Positions 18,338-27,053 of a stretch of DNA of 64,000 nucleotides are shown one piece after another; position 1 is the stretch's first letter; each line of letters opens with the position of its first letter. The notes under the pieces were generated by a model. The model saw nothing but the letters and a program-made list of their open reading frames with translations, had not been told where the DNA came from and ran no database searches. Source of the stretch: Candidatus Altimarinota bacterium (GTDB taxonomy: Bacteria; Patescibacteriota; Gracilibacteria; UBA1369); assembly GCA_963677745.1 (NCBI GenBank), contig OY782391.1, forward strand, positions 768,001 to 832,000, read 5' to 3'. A program made the position numbers and the translations under genes.

Positions 18338-20473
18338 CTAATCAATCAATATCGGTATGATCAGCGGCTGGCGGTCAATCTTGCTGACCACAAACTGATC
18401 CACGCTCTCGCGTATATGCAGTTTGGCCTCTTCATAATTGAATCCGGGATTGGATTTCACGAATTCGGTATAGGATTCGGCTGCTCGGCGGCAAATGCCG
18501 TTGATGATTTCACGTGATTCCTCCATATAGATAAAGCCGCGGGTTTCCACGCGAATTTCTCCGCGTACCGCCCGGGTGTTTTTATCAATGGGAAGAGTCA
18601 GTATGATTACGCCGTTCTCGGCCAGGATCTGCCTGTCCATCATAACCTGCGAACCGATGTCTCCACCGCCCATACCATCAACCAGAATATAATTGGTCTT
18701 AACTTTTTCACCGGTTACTTTGAGTTCGCCGTTGCACATTTCCAGCACGTCACCGTTTTCCACCATGATGGCCCGATTTTCCGGATGGCCCAGTTCATGC
18801 GTCATCAATTCGGCATGGGCTTTTCTCATGAAAAACTCGCCGTGTATCGGCACGAAGTATTTGGGTTTGACCAGACTGAACATCAGTTTCAGGTCTTCCT
18901 GGTGTCCATGCCCGGAAGCATGCACATCCATAATATTGTTATTGATCACCTTGGCTCCCAGTCTGACCAGGTTGTTGGTCACCCGCACCACGGCCATTTC
19001 ATTGCCGGGAATCGGTGTAGAGCTAAGTACAACGGTATCACCTTTTCCGACTTTCACCTGGGCATGTTCGTCCAGAGCCATACGGCTCAAGGCGGCCACG
19101 GGTTCACCCTGCGATCCGGTAGTCAGAATAATCGAATTGTCACCGGGATGTTTCTTGGACTTTTTAATGTCCATGATCAGTCCCTGGGGATATTTGAGAT
19201 ATCCCAGTTCAGCCGCCATCACGCAGTTATCAATCAGGCTCCTGCCGCTCAGGAAGATTTTCCTGTTATGGAGGATAGCTGCGTCGATAATCTGCTGTAT
19301 GCGGCCGATTTGCGATGAAAAAGAAGCGATGATTACTCTTCCTTTGGCCTCCTTGATTATAGTTTCCAAGGTCTGGCCGATTTTCTTTTCGGACATTGTA
19401 TAGCCGGGTCTGGTGGCATTGGTGGAATCACTGAACAGAGCGGTAATATTACGCTCGCCCAGCGCGGCTATTTTGGAAAATTCCGGAGGCATTTGTGCCC
19501 CCGCGGGACTCAGGTCGATCTTAAAGTCGCCAGTATGTACCACCGAACCTGCCGGAGTCTCAATCAAGAGGCCGGAGGCATCGGGTATGGAATGGGTAAC
19601 GCGGAAGAATGAAACTTTCATTTTTCCGAAATAAAGCACGTCGGATTTAAAATCGACCACTTTTAGATTGGCGCTTTGCATCAATCCGTGTTCCTCCAGT
19701 TGTTTGGAAATCAGTCCCATCGTCAATTTGCCGGTATAAATGGGCGGATTGCCCAGTTTATTGAGCAGATAAGGGATTCCTCCAATATGATCCAGATGTC
19801 CGTGAGTTACTACTATTCCTTTGATTTTATTAATCTTATCTTTCAGATAATTAATATCGGGAATCACATAGTCCACCCCCAGCATGTCTGCTTCGGGGAA
19901 TTGAAAACCCAGATCCACCAGGAATATTGCGTCTTCGTATTCGAAGATCATGGTGTTCTTGCCGACTTCATCCAGACCGCCTATCGGTATGATGCGGAGT
20001 TTCCCCCGGGGATCATACGTTTGTTGGGCAGGCTGCGCTTCGCTTGCCCGCCTAAGAGCACTCTGAAACTTGTGCCGCTGGTTGAAATTACCCTGAAAGG
20101 CATTTTTGAAGCCGCCCTTGCGTTTTTTTCCTGCGCCTGGCTGATTTCCACCACCACCGGGACCTTTTTGAGGAGGTCTCTGAGGCGGTTTTTGCCCGCC
20201 CGGCTGATTATTGTGGGTCTGATTGTTCTGGCCGCCGAAATTCCGCTGCATCGCCGGATTGTTCTGCCGTTGGTGGGGGTTGTTCTGCTGCCTTGGTTGG
20301 TTTTGATTGCCTTTTCTTTGTTCAGGGCGGCTATCCTTAAAAAACCCTGTCTTTTGTTCGGGAGTTGACTGTGTCGCTGGTGCTTCTGTCTTTCCTATGT
20401 TTAAAGTTTGCTTTAACCACTGGTCGAGAATATCTAGCTTCTTGCCTTTCTCCTCTTTTCTGAGATCGTCCAT
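18338..20473 (-). CDS. rnj: Ribonuclease J with long N-terminal low-complexity extension
   Basis: IGGLDEVGKN, THGHLDHIGG, HSIPD, HTGDFK, TGSQGEP, HASGHG and PIHGE motifs. Confidence 0.97.
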   Translation of the reverse strand: MDDLRKEEKGKKLDILDQWLKQTLNIGKTEAPATQSTPEQKTGFFKDSRPEQRKGNQNQPRQQNNPHQRQNNPAMQRNFGGQNNQTHNNQPGGQKPPQRPPQKGPGGGGNQPGAGKKRKGGFKNAFQGNFNQRHKFQSALRRASEAQPAQQTYDPRGKLRIIPIGGLDEVGKNTMIFEYEDAIFLVDLGFQFPEADMLGVDYVIPDINYLKDKINKIKGIVVTHGHLDHIGGIPYLLNKLGNPPIYTGKLTMGLISKQLEEHGLMQSANLKVVDFKSDVLYFGKMKVSFFRVTHSIPDASGLLIETPAGSVVHTGDFKIDLSPAGAQMPPEFSKIAALGERNITALFSDSTNATRPGYTMSEKKIGQTLETIIKEAKGRVIIASFSSQIGRIQQIIDAAILHNRKIFLSGRSLIDNCVMAAELGYLKYPQGLIMDIKKSKKHPGDNSIILTTGSQGEPVAALSRMALDEHAQVKVGKGDTVVLSSTPIPGNEMAVVRVTNNLVRLGAKVINNNIMDVHASGHGHQEDLKLMFSLVKPKYFVPIHGEFFMRKAHAELMTHELGHPENRAIMVENGDVLEMCNGELKVTGEKVKTNYILVDGMGGGDIGSQVMMDRQILAENGVIILTLPIDKNTRAVRGEIRVETRGFIYMEESREIINGICRRAAESYTEFVKSNPGFNYEEAKLHIRESVDQFVVSKIDRQPLIIPILID

Positions 20474-20658
20474 ATCGTAATTTAGTTCTATTTATTATTT
20501 ATTATGTATTTTGAAGGAACTTTACTTCAACTAATTTCATTATACCACGAAACTAGTAAAACATTCTTACATAATATTTACAAAAACACAAGGAGTGTTG
20601 TCCAAAAGCCCCTTCTCGAACGGAGTTTCCGGCTTGGTGGAGGGGATTTGGAGCTAAC

Positions 20659-20686
20659 TGGACAAAAGTAAAAAAGTTGTTATAAT
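20659..20686 (+). promoter_or_regulatory. sigma70 promoter of the small-ORF cassette
   Basis: TGGACA-16-TATAAT with extended -10 TG. Confidence 0.7.
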
Positions 20687-20764
20687 GCAAACGTGTCCAA
20701 AGCTGACTAAGACAATGTCGGTCGGCTGTACGACTGATAAGAAAGGAAAAAAGGCAATAAACAG

Positions 20765-20959
20765 ATGGGGAAAATCTTCTCAAGGGCCGTCATGGGCGTC
20801 GAAGTAGGCGATCACTCCATCGTCATCAACAAAAGGTGGTATCATTTCTGGCGGCTTGCCGCCCTGAGCTACCTTCCGGCGATGGCATTCAACCTCCTGT
20901 TCGGACATCGAACTGTCTACCAGGAGAATTCGGAGGAGATCGAGATATACTTCCTCTAG
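20765..20959 (+). CDS. Small 64-aa hypothetical protein (GC-rich cassette)
   Basis: Strong promoter, AAAGGA/AAGG leader, C/G-ending codons, downstream GC hairpin. Confidence 0.55.
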   Translation: MGKIFSRAVMGVEVGDHSIVINKRWYHFWRLAALSYLPAMAFNLLFGHRTVYQENSEEIEIYFL

Positions 20960-21030
20960 CCGCATCCTTTCACCGATTGCTCCGCGCTCGCAGTCCAAGC
21001 TGACTCGCGCGGGGCACTTCGTCCTGCCCG

Positions 21031-21834
21031 TTATTCGCTTTGCACCCCTTTCAGAAAACCCTCTCTATATAAATAACTGAGCACCCGTCCGTCTTCGCTG
21101 TACTTTTCCAGAGCTTCCCCGACGCTGATTTCCCCGGCTTTAAGCATCCGGATAATTTCATCGGCCTGCCGTTTGGAGTGTTTGTGCATTTTGTCTTCGC
21201 GCACGATCAAAGACATTCCGATGGTGAATATCACTGCCATCATCATCCAGAACACCGATCTTTCGATTTCCACGCCCAGTGTTTCAAAGGACAGTTTGAC
21301 GCCCACAAAAAACACCAGTTGATAAGCCAGATCCTCCAGTTTCGGAAATCTCTCAATGGCTTTTACAAAGTATCCAGAAAGATATCTCATCAAAATAATT
21401 CCCATTATTCCGCCAAACCACAACACCCACAACTTATCGCTGAAAGCCACGGCGGTGGTAATGCTGTCGATCGAGAATACAATGTCTGTCAGTTCCACGG
21501 CCAGCACCACGCCCCAGAAAGCTTTGGCGGTGGAGTAGGTTTTAACCTCTTTTTCTACCCCGATCCCAAAAAACATGTGCTTGATGGCCAGATAAATCAG
21601 ATATGCGCCGCCCAGCAGCTTGAACACCGTGAATTTAATCAGGTAAGTCGCAAAAATCAGGGCGATAAAACGGAAAATAAAAGCTCCCCAGATACCATAA
21701 CGCAGGGCTTTTTTTCTGGTGTTTTCCGGCAGCGGACGCACCAGAATCGCCAACACCAGGGCATTGTCCACCGACAGAATTCCTTCCAACAGGGCCAGTG
21801 TGACTACCGTCAATATGTCGTGAACATCAAACAT
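21031..21834 (-). CDS. TerC-family membrane protein
   Basis: LEGILSVDNALV and ELTDIVFSIDSI motifs. Confidence 0.92.
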   Translation of the reverse strand: MFDVHDILTVVTLALLEGILSVDNALVLAILVRPLPENTRKKALRYGIWGAFIFRFIALIFATYLIKFTVFKLLGGAYLIYLAIKHMFFGIGVEKEVKTYSTAKAFWGVVLAVELTDIVFSIDSITTAVAFSDKLWVLWFGGIMGIILMRYLSGYFVKAIERFPKLEDLAYQLVFFVGVKLSFETLGVEIERSVFWMMMAVIFTIGMSLIVREDKMHKHSKRQADEIIRMLKAGEISVGEALEKYSEDGRVLSYLYREGFLKGVQSE

Positions 21835-23354
21835 CAGTCTAATTCGGGATAAAGTCTAAATTTTTCCAGGAGGATTTTAACCTGATTTTTAATGGAAGTC
21901 TTCAGATTATTATCCAGATGGTATTTGGAAAGGGTCGGTTTACCGTCGGGACCCGGTAAGGCCTTGGTAGCAGACAGGACAGCCTGTATCATTCCGGCAA
22001 TTTCTTTCATTTCTTTTGTTCCCATGCCCAGAGTGGTCAGAGCCGGTGTTCCCAGTCGCAGTCCGCTGGTATACCAGACACCTTTCGGGTCAAAGGGAAT
22101 GGCATTGCGGTTCATTGTCAAACCGCATTCGCGCAGGGCGTCTTCGGCCTGGCGGCCGGTCAGTCCGAAACTCTCAAAGACATTGATTTGGAGAAGATGA
22201 TTGTCCGTGCCACCCGTTAATACTTTCATGCCCAGTGTCATACACTCGGCGGCCAAGGCTTGGGAATTTTCAACTATCTGCTGTGCGTACCGGCGGAATT
22301 CCGGCTGGAGAGCCAGTTTGAAGGCCACGGCCTTGGCCGCCATCATCTGCGGCAGCGGGCCGCCCAGCATGGTCGGGCACCCTTTATCCACATATTCGGA
22401 CAGCCACTTTTTGCAGAGTACTATACCGCCGCGCGGCCCGCGCAATGTCTTGTGGGTAGTCGAGGTCACAATATCCGCATAGGGAATCGGATCAAATTCG
22501 CCCTGAAAAACTTTCCCGGCCACCAGCCCGGCAAAATGTGCCATGTCCACCATCAGTACGGCGCCTACCATATCGGCGATTTTCCTCATTCTGGCAAAAT
22601 CGATCTTGCGCGGATAGGCGGAAAAACCGGCCAGCAGAATCAGTGGTTTTACTTCCAGCGCCATTTTTTCGATCACATCATAATCCAGCACTCCGGTTTC
22701 CTTTGATACCGAGTATTGGTGAATTTCAAACAGCCAGGAGGAAATATTCATGCGGTAGCCATGGGTCAGATGTCCGCCCGAACCGATATCCAGAGCCATC
22801 ATTTTCTGATGCAGCGTCTTTTCCCGCAGAGTATCCCAATCCTTGGCCACCAGCCCGCGTATATCCTTGGGGGCCATTTCCGCACCTTTGCCCTGTTTGG
22901 TCAGCATGGCACTCACCTCGTCCAAAAAACCTCGATGCACTTTGGCGGCCAAAATTGCCGTAAAGGCGACCATGTTGGCATCCGCACCGGAATGGGGCTG
23001 TACATAGGCATGCTCTGCCCCGAATAATTCAGTGGCCAGCTTAACCGCTTCTCTTTCAATAGTATCAACATTCTCGCAGCCGGCATAGAAACGTGCACCG
23101 GAAATACCTTCGGCATATTTATCTGTCATCAAATTACCCATGGCCTGTTGTACGGCCAGATTGGAATAATTTTCCGAGGCAATCAGTTTCAGATTGGATC
23201 TTTGATCCGCCAGTTCTTTCAAAATCGCCTCGGCAATCAGCGGATTGACGGCTGTCACAGTGTCCAGGGAAGAATAAAAAGACACCGCTTCACTTCTGGC
23301 GTCGGCGGGTGAACGGTCTTTCAAATAATTTTTCAGATACGATGTAGTTTGCAT
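21834..23354 (-). CDS. glyA: Serine hydroxymethyltransferase (long form)
   Basis: LIASEN, KYAEG, QPHSGADAN, GGHLTHG, DMAHFAGL and TTHKTLRGPRGG motifs. Its stop overlaps the terC start (TGATG). Confidence 0.97.
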   Translation of the reverse strand: MQTTSYLKNYLKDRSPADARSEAVSFYSSLDTVTAVNPLIAEAILKELADQRSNLKLIASENYSNLAVQQAMGNLMTDKYAEGISGARFYAGCENVDTIEREAVKLATELFGAEHAYVQPHSGADANMVAFTAILAAKVHRGFLDEVSAMLTKQGKGAEMAPKDIRGLVAKDWDTLREKTLHQKMMALDIGSGGHLTHGYRMNISSWLFEIHQYSVSKETGVLDYDVIEKMALEVKPLILLAGFSAYPRKIDFARMRKIADMVGAVLMVDMAHFAGLVAGKVFQGEFDPIPYADIVTSTTHKTLRGPRGGIVLCKKWLSEYVDKGCPTMLGGPLPQMMAAKAVAFKLALQPEFRRYAQQIVENSQALAAECMTLGMKVLTGGTDNHLLQINVFESFGLTGRQAEDALRECGLTMNRNAIPFDPKGVWYTSGLRLGTPALTTLGMGTKEMKEIAGMIQAVLSATKALPGPDGKPTLSKYHLDNNLKTSIKNQVKILLEKFRLYPELD

Positions 23355-23765
23355 GTTCAAAATTGGTTAATAGATACCAGGTCTGATCGCTCCATGAGGG
23401 GTAAAGCAATGGGGGCAGCCATTGCCGACCGGCCAAAAAAGCCACTTTGTTGTGCAACTAAATCATACTTTATAACCTAAGAAATAAGCTGCCGCCAGAT
23501 TAACACAGGAGTGTTGTCGTGCCAAGAAAAATAGACTTGTGTAGGAGTTTGTGTTGGGAGTATATTCCCGCCTTGCCTTAAAAGGCTGATATTTGATTTT
23601 TAGAACAATTTTTAACCGTAATCAGGAGAGGGCTCTCTGCCGTTAACCAGAGATAACTCCCCGGAAGAACTACGAAGTGGCAAGTTTGGGCACTTGTAGT
23701 CAACCGGAGTGCTGCGTGAACCGGCGAGAGTTCACTCTCTGTCGGTTAAGGATTGGTACAAGTCA

Positions 23766-25019
23766 ATGAAGCAGATCAATGTGATCAACTCTCTGACTGT
23801 CGCTGGACTGCTGGCCGCGATCTTCGGCGACGAAAACACGTCGCCGGTTCAGATCAAACTCCAGCGCAACAAGGTTGCGGAGAAGACAGGCCGGTGGGCA
23901 TGGAGCGTCTCGCTGCCTCTGAAAAACGGGGAAGTCGAGAACCTCTTCGAGTCGCTGATTCTGCGTTCGCTGCAGGTCACCAACGACGAGCTGCCCGCCA
24001 CTCTCACCATCACGGCGTGCGCTACGAATGTTGGGTACGAGCCCTGCTTCCAGCTCATCAACTGCACCTTCCTCAAGCGCGGCGTGCGCCGGCTGCGAAG
24101 AGCGTTCACGGAGACCATGGAACGCTGGGAAGCTGCGCGCGGTTGCGTCGCCTGTGCCTGGGAGGTGGGGGGACTTCAGATTCAGACGGAGCTCAAAGCC
24201 ATCCAGCTCAGCCAGTGTGATTCTCCCGGTCTCGTTCACAGCCTTCAGGTCAGGATGCGACCCGTCAACTCTCAGAAGGGGCTCCTGGCCATCATCAAGG
24301 CACAGAGCGAGGACGCCCTGGTGTTCTTCGATTTTGATCGCTCCCTGGCCGAGTCAGGGTTCCGTTCAGCCGTTCAGCAAAAACTGGAGGACTACCTGCG
24401 CAACCTGATCAAGAAGGGCATGGCCGAATGTCTCGACCAGATCCAGGAAGAAGTGGTCGGGTACCACCCCACAATTCTGCTGAAGACACTTTTGGAACTC
24501 GGCGAGCAGCGGGAACGGGTGGAAGAAGCTGGAATCCCCATTACGTTCAATCACCTCCTTCCCGAGTTGATTTCGCGTCTGCAGGAATACCTCGACTACA
24601 AGAAGCAGGCGGAGAAGCCGGGGATTCCCATCACCTTCAACGTCTACAGGTCCGGCGCGCTGGTCGGGAAGCACACCCTCTCCAACAAGGTCATCAAGAT
24701 CGGCCGGACTCCCGGAGATAACGTCGTCCCGCTCCAAGTCAAGGACACTTTCATTCCCGGCATCCACTCCGTGATCGAACAGAGCTGCGGGAGGATCTGC
24801 CTGATCGATCTGGCTACCGAGCTGCCGACATTCGTTAACGGCGAGCCGGTGCCGGGCAAGCGCAACCTGCACAGCGGCGACCAGATCGGGGTGGGAGACC
24901 TCTTCACCATCAAGGTGGAGTTCCAGGAAACCGCCACCGATGACGTCCCGGCCCAGGAGGCCTTCGCTGCACCTGACCCCGAGACTGCTTCGTCGCAGTT
25001 CGACAACCAGCCCGCCTAG
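23766..25019 (+). CDS. Protein with C-terminal degenerate FHA domain (GC-rich cassette)
   Basis: IKIGR...IPGIHSVI...LIDL...TFVNG...LHSGDQIGVG. Codon usage is visibly GC-rich relative to neighbours. Confidence 0.75.
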   Translation: MKQINVINSLTVAGLLAAIFGDENTSPVQIKLQRNKVAEKTGRWAWSVSLPLKNGEVENLFESLILRSLQVTNDELPATLTITACATNVGYEPCFQLINCTFLKRGVRRLRRAFTETMERWEAARGCVACAWEVGGLQIQTELKAIQLSQCDSPGLVHSLQVRMRPVNSQKGLLAIIKAQSEDALVFFDFDRSLAESGFRSAVQQKLEDYLRNLIKKGMAECLDQIQEEVVGYHPTILLKTLLELGEQRERVEEAGIPITFNHLLPELISRLQEYLDYKKQAEKPGIPITFNVYRSGALVGKHTLSNKVIKIGRTPGDNVVPLQVKDTFIPGIHSVIEQSCGRICLIDLATELPTFVNGEPVPGKRNLHSGDQIGVGDLFTIKVEFQETATDDVPAQEAFAAPDPETASSQFDNQPA

Positions 25020-25111
25020 TCACCCGCAGTCGGCCCGGCCTTTGTACCAATCCTTTTGCTCTTCGTGAGCGTCTGGTCTGCCAACCAGAAAATCTTCGAC
25101 AGGGGGAAAAT

Positions 25112-25141
25112 AATCACCGGCCGGGCAGGGTCGGTGATTTT
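25112..25141 (+). terminator. Intrinsic terminator of the FHA cassette
   Basis: AATCACCGGCC-loop-GGTCGGTGATTTT. Confidence 0.6.
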
Positions 25142-25180
25142 CAATATCCGTTGATTCTAAAATATTTCCCAGCCGGAAGC

Positions 25181-26917
25181 TTAAGGATTTCCACTATCGT
25201 TAATTTCCGCACTGCTGGCTTCAACAACATTTTCATTGGCGGCGCCGGCCTTGGCCACCGTTTCCAGATTGGCTTTCGCCCCGTCACCGGTTACCGGCAT
25301 TTTTTTCTTGATCACCAGCATCATCATTTCCTTGGTCAGAGCTCCTGTCAGAATCAGCACGGCAAAATAAACTATTCCGCCCAGCGGAATCAGTAAGATG
25401 AAATTTTTATTCTGCATTCCCCACAGATAATAAGTCGGCTCTTTGGCATAATAAACCACTGCGGCCATCAACCCCGTGGCCAGCAGCATTTTGAAAAATC
25501 GTCCCAGTTTGATTTGGAATTGTACATAGCGGCGCGCCAAAATATAGGTGGCCACAAAAATATAAAATTCGGTAATGATGTTGGCAAACGCCGCGCCGCG
25601 TACTCCCCACTGGGGTATCCACCACCAGGAAAGCAATACGGTTAAAGCCGCTCCGATGATATTGCGTATCAGTAATTTATCCTGATGTTCGGAAGCAACC
25701 AGTACATAGCCGAAAAGCCCGTTTAGGAAACTGAACAGCAGGGCGATGATCAATATCTGCAGGACAATGTCCGAACCGACATAGCCGGCGCTCCAGTTGG
25801 TCAAAAATTCCGGGGTGGAAATCAGATAGATAAACTGATAGGCCAGAATAAAAGTTCCTGTCACTATTGGCAGGGCGCTCATCATCAGAAAATCAAAACA
25901 GGTTTGGATAATCGGTTTATGAGATCCGTCCTTGGCATGTAGGGCGCGGGTCAGAAAGGGCAGAATGGCATTCATGAAATAAAGCGGTACTATCCCCGCC
26001 GCTTCCAGCATGGTGGAAGGAGCGGAATAAGTAGCCACATAGGTGGCGCCAAAACCCGGCATGTTCAAAAGCATCACCGAACCGATCCGGAAATAAATCT
26101 GATTCAGGATCAGGGCTATCCCATAAGGCAGGGCTTTCCAAAGCACTTCTTTCCAGAACCACAGATCAAAACGGTAACGGATTTTTACCAGTTTTCTGGC
26201 AAAATAGGCCGTCACAATATACATGGCAATGTTGCCGACCAGACCGGCCAGTACCAACTGGATAAAAGCCCCGTCCGATACGGCGCAGGCACTGCCGTCG
26301 TTGACCAGAAATTGTACTGTCTGCGGAGCACAATCATGGGGAAAAAAGAAATATATTACCACTGCCATATAGGCCAGCGAGACCAGTTTCCCCACCACCG
26401 AACCCAGCGAATTTTTTTCCATTTGCAGATGCACCTGCAGGGCGGTCGAGACTGTTCCGGTCAGTATTGCAAAGACCGAACCAACCGCCGCCAGGGCCAC
26501 GGCATAGGGTGCGATTGACCCCTTATATTCATCAATCAAAAACGCCACGGCAAAGGCAACTACGGAAATCAGCACAATTACGATTGTCCTGGCCATCATC
26601 ATATTTCCCAGCACCATCTCCTCACGCTTGGGATCCTTGCTCATTTCCCGGACGCCGATCGTGTACAGTCCCATATCCGCCACGATGGCGAACAGGGCCA
26701 GATATTCGTAGATCGACTTGTAAATTCCATATCCCTGTTTACCCAGATAGGTCGTCAGCATTTTCAGAATAAAAACCGAAAAAAGACCGATTATTATTTT
26801 GGCCGCCACCTGGGAAGCGGTATTCATCAGTATTTTCCGGGCAACATGCGGCTGCCCCGCTTTGGGGGCAAAACCTGACCCCGAATGACCGGTTGAGGAG
26901 GATGCTGTCAGTGCCAT
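25181..26917 (-). CDS. Oligosaccharide flippase (Wzx/MOP superfamily)
   Basis: ARKILMNT...YLGKQGYGIY...ADMGL; about 14 TM segments; WGVRGAAFA. Confidence 0.85.
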   Translation of the reverse strand: MALTASSSTGHSGSGFAPKAGQPHVARKILMNTASQVAAKIIIGLFSVFILKMLTTYLGKQGYGIYKSIYEYLALFAIVADMGLYTIGVREMSKDPKREEMVLGNMMMARTIVIVLISVVAFAVAFLIDEYKGSIAPYAVALAAVGSVFAILTGTVSTALQVHLQMEKNSLGSVVGKLVSLAYMAVVIYFFFPHDCAPQTVQFLVNDGSACAVSDGAFIQLVLAGLVGNIAMYIVTAYFARKLVKIRYRFDLWFWKEVLWKALPYGIALILNQIYFRIGSVMLLNMPGFGATYVATYSAPSTMLEAAGIVPLYFMNAILPFLTRALHAKDGSHKPIIQTCFDFLMMSALPIVTGTFILAYQFIYLISTPEFLTNWSAGYVGSDIVLQILIIALLFSFLNGLFGYVLVASEHQDKLLIRNIIGAALTVLLSWWWIPQWGVRGAAFANIITEFYIFVATYILARRYVQFQIKLGRFFKMLLATGLMAAVVYYAKEPTYYLWGMQNKNFILLIPLGGIVYFAVLILTGALTKEMMMLVIKKKMPVTGDGAKANLETVAKAGAANENVVEASSAEINDSGNP

Positions 26918-27053
26918 TAATGCGATTCGTAAATAAAGCGCGGCAATTCTATCACCAAATTATTTTCGTGGCGAACATTCGTTTACAGTTTTCCACATCT
27001 ATAATATGATTCCCTGCGTACGAAAACCGCCGCAATCATTAATAGCCAACAGT

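Noticed and set aside
22385-22393. TTATCCACA DnaA box
   Set aside because: A single copy inside glyA with no cluster.
23360-23520. ZTP (pfl) or THF riboswitch upstream of glyA
   Set aside because: Conserved ZTP elements (GACUGGCG...CGCCUGGG) were not seen; only a small hairpin is present.
26920-27053. T-box leader for leuS
   Set aside because: The leader is too short and has no T-box consensus.
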